Source: Callorhinchus milii (taxonomy: Eukaryota). From it: a stretch of 64,000 bases of DNA. Shown one piece after another: positions 1 through 12,800 of the stretch. Both the position numbers and the translations under genes were made by a program. The stretch's first letter is position 1. Each line of letters starts with the position of its first letter. A model generated the notes under the pieces. The model searched no databases. It was not told the DNA's origin and worked only from the letters and a program-made list of their open reading frames with translations. The stretch covers positions 13,516,001-13,580,000 of the forward strand of contig NW_024704759.1 in NCBI RefSeq assembly GCF_018977255.1, written 5' to 3'.

Positions 1-139
1 AGGAGATGGAGATGGAGAGAGAGAGAGAGAGAGGGAGAGTTGGGGGGGAAAAAAAAAAGCAAAAAAAAAACCCACCATTAAAAACAAATTAACACCGAAC
101 GACTCCCGGCCCCGGCCCCAGGCCCCGACCCCGCACTGT

Positions 140-290
140 CCCGCGCTCCCATTGGTCCGGCCTCCCATCCTGCCAGTAACGGCCCACCTGATTGGTCCCC
201 GAGCCCCGACCAATCAGCAAAGGGCACTAGCTCGCGTGACGTCATTGACCCCCCCCCCCCCCACCCACCCCATCTGTTGGGCATTGGCTT
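140..290. promoter_or_regulatory. CpG-rich promoter of a gene lying mostly outside the window (probably transcribed leftwards)
   Basis: CCAAT boxes at 151, 191, 210 and 282; perfect CRE palindrome TGACGTCA at 237-244; GC-rich context. Confidence 0.6.
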
Positions 291-361
291 GACCTTCCTC
301 CTGACACACTGTACCACACTGTATTAGAGCATTATTATGGGGAGGGTTTGGACCCGAGCTA

Positions 362-545
362 AGGGGGGGGTTGGTGATGGGGGGGTTGGTGATGGGGGGT
401 TGGTGATGGGGGGTTGGTGATGGGGAGGGGTTGGTGATGGGGAGGGGTTGGTGATGGGGGGGGGTTGGTGATGGGGGGGTTGGTGATGGGGGGGTTGGTG
501 ATGGGTTGGTGCGGGGGGGGGGGGGGGGGGGGGTGGGGGGGGGCG
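362..545. repeat. G-rich tandem repeat, unit ~GGGGGGTTGGTGAT, ending in poly-G
   Basis: About ten imperfect 14-16 nt units at 362-510, followed by G runs. Confidence 0.9.
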
Positions 546-1507
546 GGGGTGGAGGTCAGCGTTGGGATCCGGAGCAGCGATGGGAAGGGTAGGGGAGCTG
601 CCAGAGGCGCGGTCGAAAGAGGATGGTCTCGAGGTGTGCCTTGAACAAGGCTCGGGAGGGAGCGGGGTGGCTGTGGGAATATTCGTGGAGCGAGGTGAAT
701 GCGTGGGATGGGAATGTGCTGAAAAGCCATTGATTCTCTTATTTTCCCCCCTCTCCCCCACCCCTCCTAATAGTCCCCATATTATAACAATCCTTGCCTT
801 TGACATAGCACTTCATCTATCGCGAAACACGGCAGCCCCCCCCCCCCCCGCCATTCCACACACTGTCCCACAGTCAGATTGAGTGACCAATTTTTTTTCA
901 TAATATTATGGGGATGTTTACTGTTAACGTCTTACAACGTACACGAGCTACCGTAGTTTCAAATTAATTGTACATTATAGTCAAAACGTGAGGACTGTGA
1001 CTGAGTACTTTGTGGAATAACAGGGCAGCCAATTTGCACACAGTGTCCCACCTCCAACAACGTAGCACTCCCTCCTTAGCAAACGTAGGCCTCCCTGTAG
1101 AATACAAATTGAATTGAAGTCCTGATTTGTAGCTTGACCCCACTACCTCCTCAATCGGAAGTTAAAGTCAGGACCTGGATGCAATAAAACATTAAAAAAA
1201 AATTGTAGAGTGCTATCAAGTGAGCCAAGAGAACACTACTTTTCCAAAGGCAGTGAAAATTGATTTTGGTTCTATCCATTCCCCACACAGATAATAAGAT
1301 AGGAAATCTTTCAAAATAAACTGAAAATAATAGTAAATTGAAATCCCTATTTTCTCTATAATTCTTAATGCCCTCTATGATTCTTAAGTGAAAAAATAAT
1401 TTAGAGCTTTCAATTTCTGGTCAAGCTTCTCATTGACAAGGCAGTAACCATGAAGATTCCATCTTAGTTATTAACAAAAACTTTGCATAAAATATACACA
1501 TTCCAGT

Positions 1508-1530
1508 TTTATTCAACAAGGTACTTTATT
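1508..1530 (-). terminator. Candidate tandem polyadenylation signals of GGT7 (about 2.3 kb 3'UTR)
   Basis: Two AATAAA on the - strand (1508-1513, 1525-1530) at the end of an AT-rich tract downstream of the GGT7 stop codon. Confidence 0.45.
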
Positions 1531-3855
1531 TACAGAGCAAACTGTACCATAACAGCAACTGAATAAGTAAGACATTGTATGTATGGAAACCCTTGGCATT
1601 GGTTTGAACTCTTAAGCACTTAAATTAAGCAGTCACATCATTCACCAGTAACAATACAGAGTAATGTATTACTGCATTTTCAGTGACAATCGTTACAATA
1701 TGATCCAAAATATTCACACTTCACATGTTTTTTTTCATCACCCAACATCAAACAATTATACAGAACACTAATCAAAGTCTATCAACTAAAGTGCAAATAA
1801 AATGTACCTTCCAGTGAATGTTTGGTTAATAATTTAGTAAGGGCAGAACCCAAGACTTCCCAAGTAAACCGACAGAAACTAGCCAATCGGACAGGATAAT
1901 TTCTCTGTGGTTTGACACCAGCTTTCATCAATCGTGTAGCATAAAAGATGGAACCAGCCTTTTGGTGGCCTATTTACCTATAAATTTCCGTCGTTTCCTG
2001 GCCACTCTTCCGATTTACACTCCCCCAATCTACTGAAGTTGTTGAATTCTGGTGAAGCAACATCAACAATCTCTGATAACTGACTTTCCTCAAGTTCTTT
2101 TCCCAAGTAACCATCCTTTGTGCATAAGGCTAGTTAGTTGAGTGTGGGCTGTCTATTCAACCATTGACCCACAGTTCATCCTCAGAAGCTTCCAGCAGGA
2201 ATCATTAAATAACAATTGGGACCCTTGGCAGATGTTTTATCTCGCTCACGGTGCTAAGATAATTCAAAACTGCTGCCCTGTTTAAATTGAGCTTATTCAG
2301 CAAACATCAGGAAGTAACTCAAGGAATAGCTTTGTCAAAGGGCCAGCATTTATAATGCTGAGTTGACTTCCGATGCATTAAATAATGCACAAGAGATGAG
2401 AAATTATTTTTAAGATGCTACTTTTTGAAAGATTAGATGAATCGTATATATTGTATCAGATTTTAATTTGAAGTGTTAAAAGAAATCATCTAAATTATTC
2501 AAGGAGGTTTATTATTTGGGGAAGAGTACGAGACGCTGCAAACAATTGTTTTAAAGATTGTAGATTCTCTAGGTGCATCCACTGATGCATTTACATTTAC
2601 CAGCCATAGACGTAGGGAAATAGCAGGAGGAGGCCATGCAGCCCATTGAGCCTGTTCCGTCGCTTTACGAGATCATGACAGATTTTTTAATCCCATTTTC
2701 CTACCTTTTCTCCATATCCTTCTTAATATCCCAAGTACAGTGTCCATCTACCTCTTTTAAACATCTATCACTCTGAATTCCTCTCCGTAAATTTGTGCAC
2801 CAGTGAGGTGTACAACAGGTTAACACAACATTCGCCCACAAAATACAGTCAATTCATTTTACAGTATAATCTGTGAAGCGCTTTGAGACGTGTAGAAGAC
2901 GTGATAAGGCGCCATATCAAATACAAGGATTATTATTATTATCTTCAGTTCATTTTTAATAAAATATATGTTTTGGAATAATTAATTTCCAAAGAGCTCA
3001 GGAAAACCATTACTTAGAGCTTCATTCTTCTTGGAGGCCAGCCAAAAAGTTCATTAGCCCCCAGTAAGAATTAAAATATTAGGTGTGACTAATTCAATAC
3101 TATATTTAAGATGGATTTCACCTTAAAGAAGAAAACTAGAGCAATAAAATTCATAATATAAGACAGTTTTGTTGTCACTAGTTATTTACCCAAAATGGGA
3201 ATATCTAGCTAGTTTGGGTGTGGAGGGTAAGTGGCCACAGGAATGGCATTTTTTAATGTTTATTAACATTTCTTTCTAACTAACTGGGCACAGACTATCT
3301 CAAAACAAGCAACCCTACACATACATTGGATAGCCTGGGGTGATATAAGTTTCAACCTTCATTGGCTATCCAAAGATTGGATTCACATGATCCAGGGATA
3401 CAGACAAGAGAGCCCAAATGAGAATGGAGCAGGGAATCCTCTTGAATGAGAATTGAGAAAATATATCAATGTGGCAAAATGGCTCTGCCTTTATCCAATA
3501 GAAGGAATGACTATCTTTAGTCTTTGGCTGCGGTGGGGATACCACTAAGCAAATCTGCAGCAAGCTTTGGCTCTAAGACAATGACCCACAGCGTGCATTT
3601 CACAGTTTATCTCCTCTAAAATTCCAGTTACGAAATATTAACAAGCGGTATAAGTCAGGCCATTTTCATTTATAAGCATCAATGAAAACCAGGCTGGGGA
3701 AGGAGGGAGGGAGAGTTTCCCCATAGATCGCTCCAGAATTCTACTTCTCCCAATACTGTCACACAACAGTCTTCTCTTTCCCTGCTTATGCCTTTTTCTC
3801 CCTTTCATGATTTCATGCTGAACTGAAAAACAAATCGATCTGAAAGAACGTTTGG

Positions 3856-6800
3856 CTATGAAATCACGGATGCAGCCGCGTCACTGCTTCGTGGGTCCTT
3901 TGCACCGGTGATGATATCGTTCACCCTTTTGGCTATGTGAACCGAGGAAAGGATCTCTTCTCTCACCACAACGTGACCTCGATCCTCGAGGAATTCTACA
4001 TCTTCCTCCAGGAATTCATCTGAAAAATAAAAGGTAGTTTTGATCATTATTGCAGAGTGACAGCTGAGGAATGTTATTCTCCCAAAAAAGGGAATTTCTC
4101 CTGCTGTCCTTGCCAGCATTCTCCCAGATAGAATTGGTCATTCGCTTCGTGGCTGTTTGTGGGACATTGCTGTGCACAAATCTGCTGTCGTGTTCGCTTA
4201 CAAAATAAACAACCCCTACAGTTTACAGTAAATCCTGTGAAGCGCTTTGATATAGACAGTCCTCCCGACATAAAATGCATTGTACCACGTGCAAGGAACA
4301 CTGATAATATCATTGTATTGTCGGTATAAACATAAAAATTGAAAAACATAAAATCACAAACACAGTCAGAGCGAGTTGTTATACCGTGGAGCCGGGGCAG
4401 TATTGTGGCAGCACTGCTGTGCGCAATTGGCTGCCGCGTTTCGCCCACACGATATACAGTCAATTTGCTTTACAGTATATTCTGTGAAGCGCTTTGAGAC
4501 GCCTTGAAGACGTGATAAGGCGCTGTATCAAATGCAAGGATTATTATTATATTAATGTAAAACGTTTGTTTCAGTTTTTTAAAAGAATAAAAAAAACTTA
4601 CTGTCGACCTGCAGATTATTTGGATGAAGCTGTGGAGCGAGCCGGCCGAGTGTAAGGCTTTCATTCAAATTCTTCCGGAAGGAAAATATATTCAACAGGA
4701 CCTGTTCAAACAGAAAAGTGATACGAGTCCCCATTTGCATTGTTATTACTGTACTGCAGATTAAATCAGAAACCGCAATTGCTTTATATCTAATGTTAAA
4801 AAACACAGCAAATACACAGCTGGTCGCCAAGAATCTCAAAGAGAAAGCTATTTTGTGAGTGAAACATTTCTTCAAGTTTAACAAGAAGCTTACTATCTCT
4901 TTCAACAACAACACAAATTACATTTACACAGAGCCTTTCACGTTGGGAGGATGTCCCAAAGCACTGGACAGTCAGGATTTGGACCCAAGATGGGGGGGGA
5001 GGGGGTTGGGATCAGGGAGGGTGGAGGGCAGGGGTAGGAGGATGGAGGATGGCCGAATGGCAGCGTCTTGAAGGAGGCAAGGGAGGGAGTGAAGCAAGGG
5101 GACTGTGGGTTGGAGTTCCAAATAGTAGGGCAGAGAAGCTGAAGGAAGCGATGGTGGGCTGGGCCGGGCAGGGGACGTGGAACAGGCCAGAGCCTGCTGA
5201 GCAGAGGAAGTGGACAAGTTGATATGGGGATTAACAGATGATTGAGATTAAATTTTGAAGCAAATTACAACTGACCTCTGTGATGCTGCTAAGAGATTTG
5301 ATTCCACTGGAAGCTCCAAGGGAGAGATATGTCCCACACATGCCTCGCAAGGGTCGGGCGATGGTAGGGAGCAGAAAGGACATAGGCCTTTTACCGGGTT
5401 GAATGTTATTTCTCTGAAAGAAAGCAAAGAACACAAGGATGTATGCAATGACCATTTTCACAGACGATGAGGAGAAGAGAGGTAATCCTCTGGTTGCTGT
5501 TACGAGTTGGCTTAGAGTTCAATAGCAGCAACAACACCAACTTGCATTTATATACCGCCCTTCACGCAGGGCAGTGTCTCAGAGCACTTAGCGGTGGCAG
5601 AAGCCTAGAGCAGAATATTTCATCTGTGAACATGGTCTAAGAGCATGAGGAATTTTAGGCCCTTTGATGCATTCAATAACATATCCTTTAGATTTAATGT
5701 GTGTAATGTTTCCTTACAAGGTTCATTGTGGAACTGTCTTGTGTTTTATTCCAGGAGAAATCCAACATCTGGCTGTTCAGCAGGATACCGGAGGTGGTCA
5801 TAATCCCACTGCCAAACGGACGGTTCAGGGAGCTGCAAAAAAAAAGAAAAATATTTTTATGTTGGATTCCTGCCCTGGGAAGGAGAGTGTTATTTATTTA
5901 ACAAAATATTATACCCAAAGCCTAAAATTTACTGAACAAAATCACTCGCCTCGAGAAAACAGTGGTGCTACAACCTTGAGAAGAACAAATGCCTTACCTC
6001 AAAGGCTGGTATTACTTAAAGCATTCTTTAAATAAGTCAAGTAGTGCTTTAAGGAATTGTACCCCTAGATCTCCAATAGCTCTGCAGTAAAATTCCACTA
6101 AATGGGAGCACGCTCACAAAGCATTATGCAGCTATTCACTTAGCAAAGATCAGATCAAAGCAGAACAATAACTTGCATTTACATAGCGTCCTTCACACAG
6201 GTTAGTGTCTCAGAGCTCTTATAATATACAATAATCCTTGCATTTGATATAGCGCCTTAGCAGATCTTTAAGACGTCTCAAAGCACTTCACAGAATATAC
6301 TGTAAAGTGAATTGACTGGATATTTTGTGGGTGAAATTATCAGATTATCTGATAATATGAGAATTTAGGAATAAATGTTATTTGCATTTGATAAAATGAT
6401 GGGTTGCACTTTTCTGAAGAGTACCTCACAACAGAAACAATGAGGTCATCTGGTCCTATGACATGTACTTGGCTCACTGGATGACCAGCCTCCAGGGAAT
6501 TGAACTGCATGTAGTGTCCTGGAGGATTAGCCACACTGTCATTGATAAGCTGACGTAGAACATTGGCTTCCGATTTACTGGACACAAGAAGGGAGATGGA
6601 GAAACAAATTTCATTAAACATGAATGCAAAACTAAATTAAGAGTTATATTTTTTCACAATTTTTGCAACGATCGTTAAAAATATTACTTTTATGAAAGGA
6701 TAATGATTTTTGTTTTGCTCCCAACAAAATGTTGGAACAAAATTCTACTTTTTAGAGCTCGGCACATACGAGGGGATTGTGAGCAGTTGCATTTCTCTAG

Positions 6801-9800
6801 CATTTTTTGTTTCTCAAGCAAATCAGGACTTTGTCTCTAACCTGAGCATTTGCTCTGATGTGTGAGCCACGGAGGAATCGAAGAAGGGGTCGGAGAGGGT
6901 GCTCGCCTGAGCTAAAGCGATTTTCAATGACTAAAGGCAACAAGGAGAAACGTTAAGTACAGCAATGATAATGTAACACAGAACACATCACTGACACACT
7001 ACTCAACAGAAGGATGTAAGTTCACCATTGACATTCACCTGCACTCAATGAATCTTTATTCTTAGCTGGGGTTGAGAAGGTGCTGAGCACAGAGAGCGAG
7101 GGTTTCCCTTACATAAAGGGGAACATCACAGAGAATGAATTGACACCCTCTTTGGAGCTCCATCCCACAGTCCCTCCACCTTGCTACCTCCCCTGCCTCC
7201 TTCAAGGCAAGTCTCAAGAACCTTCCTCTTCAACTGAGCCTTCGAACACCCTCCTACCTCTACCCTCCATGCCCTCCCTTGATCCCAACCCCTGCTCAGT
7301 TCCAAATCCCTGACTGTCCAGCACCTTGGACGTCCTCCCAATGTGAAAGGCACTATACAATTGTAATTTGTTGTGGTTGTTGGATGGAGGGGAAATTCAT
7401 TTCTGAAAGGGAATGCTCAAGTGCTTTGTACATTTTAATAACTCAGAAATCTCTCCTACCTCCGCGAGTAGATGGAAGGTGAGATTCCTGGCTGCCTGTG
7501 TTGTTATGTTGAAACCCTCCATGATGTTGAGAGCAGAGATGAGAGCGGGGCCCACGTGTGGAGGTGGAGCTGTCAGCACGAGGTGACCTGAAAAATGACA
7601 GATGAGTTCAGCCTCTGAACGTTATACTTGGCTTCAATGCCCCCTAAGCATAAGAGAAAGGATAGCCAATATTTCCCCTCGACTTGCCCACATTTTCCCT
7701 ACTGTAAATGTGTAAAGATGGACATCAGGTACTGGCAGGATTGGGCTGAAAAGTAATTCCTTGCATTTGATATTGCGCCCTTATCACATCTTCGAGACGT
7801 CTCAAAGCGCTTCACAGAATATGCAGGTAATCATTCAAGAGTTCACCCACCTCCAAAATATACAGTCACCACACATCACAGAAAATCTGTGAAGAGCTTT
7901 AAGACCCTATCAACACGATAGGATCTATGTCAAATGCGAGGATCGCTATTATTTATGAAGACCCCAAATCTCAGATCTACATCTGAAAGGTTAAGAGTTC
8001 TGACCTAGTAACGTCATGTACCTTGATAAGATCCTTCAACAGGCTTCTCCACAATGACAGTATAATTAGCAAAATCCTCCTCAGACATTACTCCTCCTTT
8101 ACTCCGAACCTGTAGCAAAACATAGGTCAGGGAGTTGGCGTGTATTATCAAACAGCTCTTATGTCACAATTTTGGCTTTTCTGAGAAAACATCTCGAAAA
8201 AGAGCAACTGCAAAATAAAACACATTCCTAATCCACATGGAACGGCAATGCATAAAATCCCTTCCCTCCGCTATTCGCTCCCAAAGCAAGCAATTCCTGG
8301 GAAAGATAAAACATAGCCGGAGGTTCAGGAGGTTGAAATAAGTAGCATATCTCAACTAGAATCCTCCTAGTAGGAGAGGTAAGATGATTGATTCTCACTG
8401 ATTTGTTTGTCTTGCACATCCAAGGCAGACAAATGAGTATTCTCAGTTTGAAACTGATGACTGGCAAAGTCTGTGTTTATGTCAGTTTGACTAAGCCACT
8501 GGAGCTCCAATCCTCCAATCCGGTCTTCCAGATTGCTAGACCATATGCTAGACCATATGCAATTACTGCATGTAATTCCCATGCAGTGAAATTAAATCTG
8601 TAGAAAATGCTCGCGATAGGAATCTCCCCATCACAATGATGCTCAGATGCGTTACACGGTAATGTGGAGTCAACTGTACCTCGACTGTTAAAGAGATTCA
8701 AAGTCAGGGTTGTTGCCGGAGTATGAGCATTTTTAAAACAGGATGATTTTGACAAGCTTGTCGTCTCTTTACCTCAGAAACCATCTCCTCTGTAACGTTT
8801 GTGTTGTAAAATGCCGACGTTCCCTCCACGCCGACTGCGTTCAAAACAGCCGCCAAGTCAGAGCGTTTCATGAAGGCTCCTGGCTGTAACGGCTGCCCGT
8901 ACGGCAGGAAGGTCTCACGGAAATTGTCGGACAGGTTTTTATCTTTCACTTGGTTGATAGCTTTGGCTGGAACAGAGCAGACGTGGGTAAGGTTAAATCA
9001 GTGGAAGAGTGAAGTTGTTGAGTTTTTGCAAGGAACAGTCATTTACTCCTATCCCCCCTCATCCCGAAACACATTTTGATGATATAAAATTCTGTACAGA
9101 TACTAAAAGACTGTTATAACAATATAACTCTTCATATGGATAGCTGCAAGTTTTAAGCTAACTGAAGCTTTCTTGGTGGTTTCCATACAGAACTAGAAAA
9201 GAACTTCCAGGGCAGAATGCCAGATTCTTCCTTCTACTCTTTCTTTTGAGACCCTCACCCACACACAGTCTCTCTCTCTCACACACACACACACGCGCTC
9301 TTTTGCTTCGACTCTCTCACAAGAATTACAATGGAAGACATGAACATAATGTCGTTTTGACGGCATGCACAATGCCATCTCTTCCCCTGCTTCCACTTTC
9401 CCCCATTTCAGCACAGTGAGCTTTCTGAGATCCCTCTCCTCCTCATCCCTGTGCACACATTTATTTCGGCTCCAAGATTATTTCTGAATCGCAGATCGGG
9501 GGAGTGGGGACTAATTGGGTAGCTCTTTCAAAGAGGCGGCTTAGGCACGATGGGCCAAATGGTCTCCTTCTGTGCTGTAGGATTCTATAATTCTATGAAT
9601 ACATAATTGTACCATTTGTTCCAAAATCTCTCCACCTGCCAGTGCTTGCAAACTTCTTATCTTCAGTGAGTCCACCTTAACTGGCTCAACATGTTCTGTC
9701 TCTCTAGGATTTGCTTGTTTCTATCAATTAGATTCTTTTCATAAACCAGTAACTACATGCAAGCCATTTTAGGTTACATGGCACAGCAACTTGCACTAAT

Positions 9801-12800
9801 TATTTGCCACCAGAAAAAACGTGACCTATCCAACCTACCAAGTTCCTGGGTGATGTTGAAACCTTCTTTTGCAACATCTGCTGCAGCAGCCATGAGCTTG
9901 GACCAGGAGATTCTGAGGAACGAAAGAAAAATAGGAACCGTTGGTGGAATGGTACAGATGCTGCTCTACACAGAAAATAGCGAGTGTTTATGTCAGTGTG
10001 ACTGGACCCACTGGAGCTCCAGTCCACGGTCCTCCAGATTGCTGGACCATATGTTCATGCCTGTAATTCCCATGCAGTGTATTTCTGACCTTGGCAATGC
10101 CAACATGGGATACTGCCAGTTACTGATATCAACACTACAGTTCCTGATGTCAAAATCATCTTAAAGTGAATGGTCACAGATCTGCTCAACTCCCTCTCAT
10201 TACAGTTCTAATTCTCCTTGCTGTATCACATGTAAAACATCAAAAGATAATACAGTGAACTCTAGGGGCAGAAATTGAGGCTGCAGCATTACAATAAAGT
10301 GAGATGCTTTGCATTGATCCTTTGAACTCTTTGGAATCCAGAACTAACATTAATGGAGCACTGCCCTCCCTTCTCAACACCTCCCCTACACACACCACAT
10401 TTCCAAAAATCCTCTCCAACCTTGGAATTAGCAAAGCTGTCCACCTGTACAATTCAGAAATGGTTTCTGAGGAAAATGCTACAGCACATATACGATAAAA
10501 CTCTATGGAATTACCACTTCAACTTTGAATGCCACCATTCTAAATGCCTAGTGAGAAACTACAGTATATAAGAATCACTCCATAATAAAGAAAACTCAAA
10601 TACGGTTTCAATCACTTCAAAATCATACATTGTGTGTGGAAAATGAGAAGAAATCTATATTGACCACGCTGATAACAATCATCTAAAGAGGAATAGCACA
10701 CATGGTGTTTACCTGCCATAGAGCTGATGAGCTTGGTACAATCCTTTTAGCATACCTGGGATAGCCACCAAGAGACCAGGCTGCATGAACAAGGAAAATA
10801 AGACATTTGTTAGAAACCATGAAGCTCTGTAACTACCATCACCTACTGACAAAACCTACTGTAACTCCAGTTCTGATGACAGACTATCCACCTGTCGCCA
10901 GAACTGGAGGGTTTTGAAAATGAAGACCAGGATCTTGAACGGTATCCTCTGTGTGATGGGAAGCCAGTGGAGTCGGGCGAGGATGGGGATGATAGTGTCG
11001 TGGAGCCTGGTGCGGGAGAGAACACGGGCTGCAGAGTTCTGGATGATCTGCAGCCTGTGGAGGGAGGAGTTGGGGAAGGGAGGAGTTGGGGAGGCCGACA
11101 AGCAGTAAGTTTGTATAGTAGAGCCTCAATGTTATGAATGTGTGTAGGAGTGTCTCAGCGGCCTGGGGTGTGAGACAGTGGCGGAGCTGAGTGATGTTGC
11201 GGAGGTGGGAAAAGGTGAAGTGGGTCATGGCACGGATGTGGGGTTTGAAGGACAGTTGAGGGTCGAACAGGATGCTGAGGTTCATATTAGCTCCATGAAA
11301 TGTGGAGTGCATCCATGGAGGGAGATGCTGTCAGTGCCCGAAGTATGGAGGGGCTGGCGGGAGCCAAGTAGGAGGGCCTCGGTCTTGTTGGCATTCAACT
11401 GAAGGAAGTTAGCTCTCATCCAGGATAATGACTAAGCCCCAGCTCAGTGTAGGATAAAGAAAAGTGAATAAACTGGTTATCATCATTATTTCTGCAATCA
11501 AACTGGGCATCGTACAAAAGATTCAATATCTTAAGCAGAAATTATTGTACTAAACAGGAAACCATTAAGTTGCTGTAAATAAATCTGGGATTGGTATTAT
11601 AAGGATCATAATTAACAATGGTTTCAAGTTCTTCTGAGTCAATGGCATCTTTACAAACAAACTGGTGGTACCTGATAATCCACAGCAGTGATTAAGAATA
11701 ACCTGGGAGTTTAGAAGTGACGCTAGTATTAAGTGCCATTTTGAATGCATTGTGAAACAGTAATCATTACTAACCTTAAAAGGTATAAACCTTGGCAACC
11801 ATTCTAGTATAGAAATGCTATATGTTGTCAATTAACCATCAAAGCGCAGGTGCTATAAACACTCCCTTTAATTTTAAAACCGGTGTGTTACAGAACACCC
11901 TCTGTAGATCTCCTGCGGGATTAATTGTTATAAGGTCAAGTGACATTATTAATGTTTGCCAGTCGGAATGACTCTCCAGCACCTGGTTTGGGGATTTTTT
12001 TTGTGTTCCCTTGCTGAGGAACCTCAGTTGTAATGTAAGGTAGCCTGAACAATTTAAATTCAATTCTCAATTGACCACCACAAAAAACATAGCTTTTTCC
12101 CATCATTTGAACTGTTCCTTTACACAGCTTTGGTTAGATACACCTCCTTATTTGGGGAAAAAGAATTATTGAAAGACAAGATCTTGTACAATTTAATCTT
12201 CAAGTCATCTTTCACCCCCAAAATATACAGTCAATTCACTTTGCAGTCTATTCTATGAAGCGCTTTGAGACATCTCGAAGACGTGATGAGGCGCTATATC
12301 GAATGCAAGGATTATTATTATCATTTTGTTGGGGTACTGGGAATGTAGAAGTAGCTATATGCCCTCATAACACATTTAAAAGCTATTGATAACAACAGCA
12401 AGTAGCACACACGCACCTTGTCCTCCCCATTATGACTGAACATCTGCTCTTCAACCTCTGCTGGGGCCGTCTCTCTGAAGTCCAAGATGAAACTTTCATT
12501 CTTCCTGATATCATGAACCAACATCACTCCACCCCTGCAGGAAAATGTCATCGTCAATCAGAAGGGATACACAAGTCAGTTTGTTATGGATCAGCTAGGT
12601 GTGTCTGGCATGTGCATTAATCCCTCACCAGATTTGTTCCACAGATATAACCTACCCACACGTGTAAATGGCCTAGTGTCTTGAATGGAATGCGCACTCT
12701 CCACTGGAGGAATGCAACCTGCTTACCTAATTCCTAAAAGGTGAGGCCCAAGGTTTGGGGACCCAGAATGCACATTTAGCTGGATTTTAACCCACTATAG

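Noticed and set aside
324-882. Pro/His-rich ORFs
   Set aside because: Translations of the G-rich tandem repeat plus an L2-like remnant.
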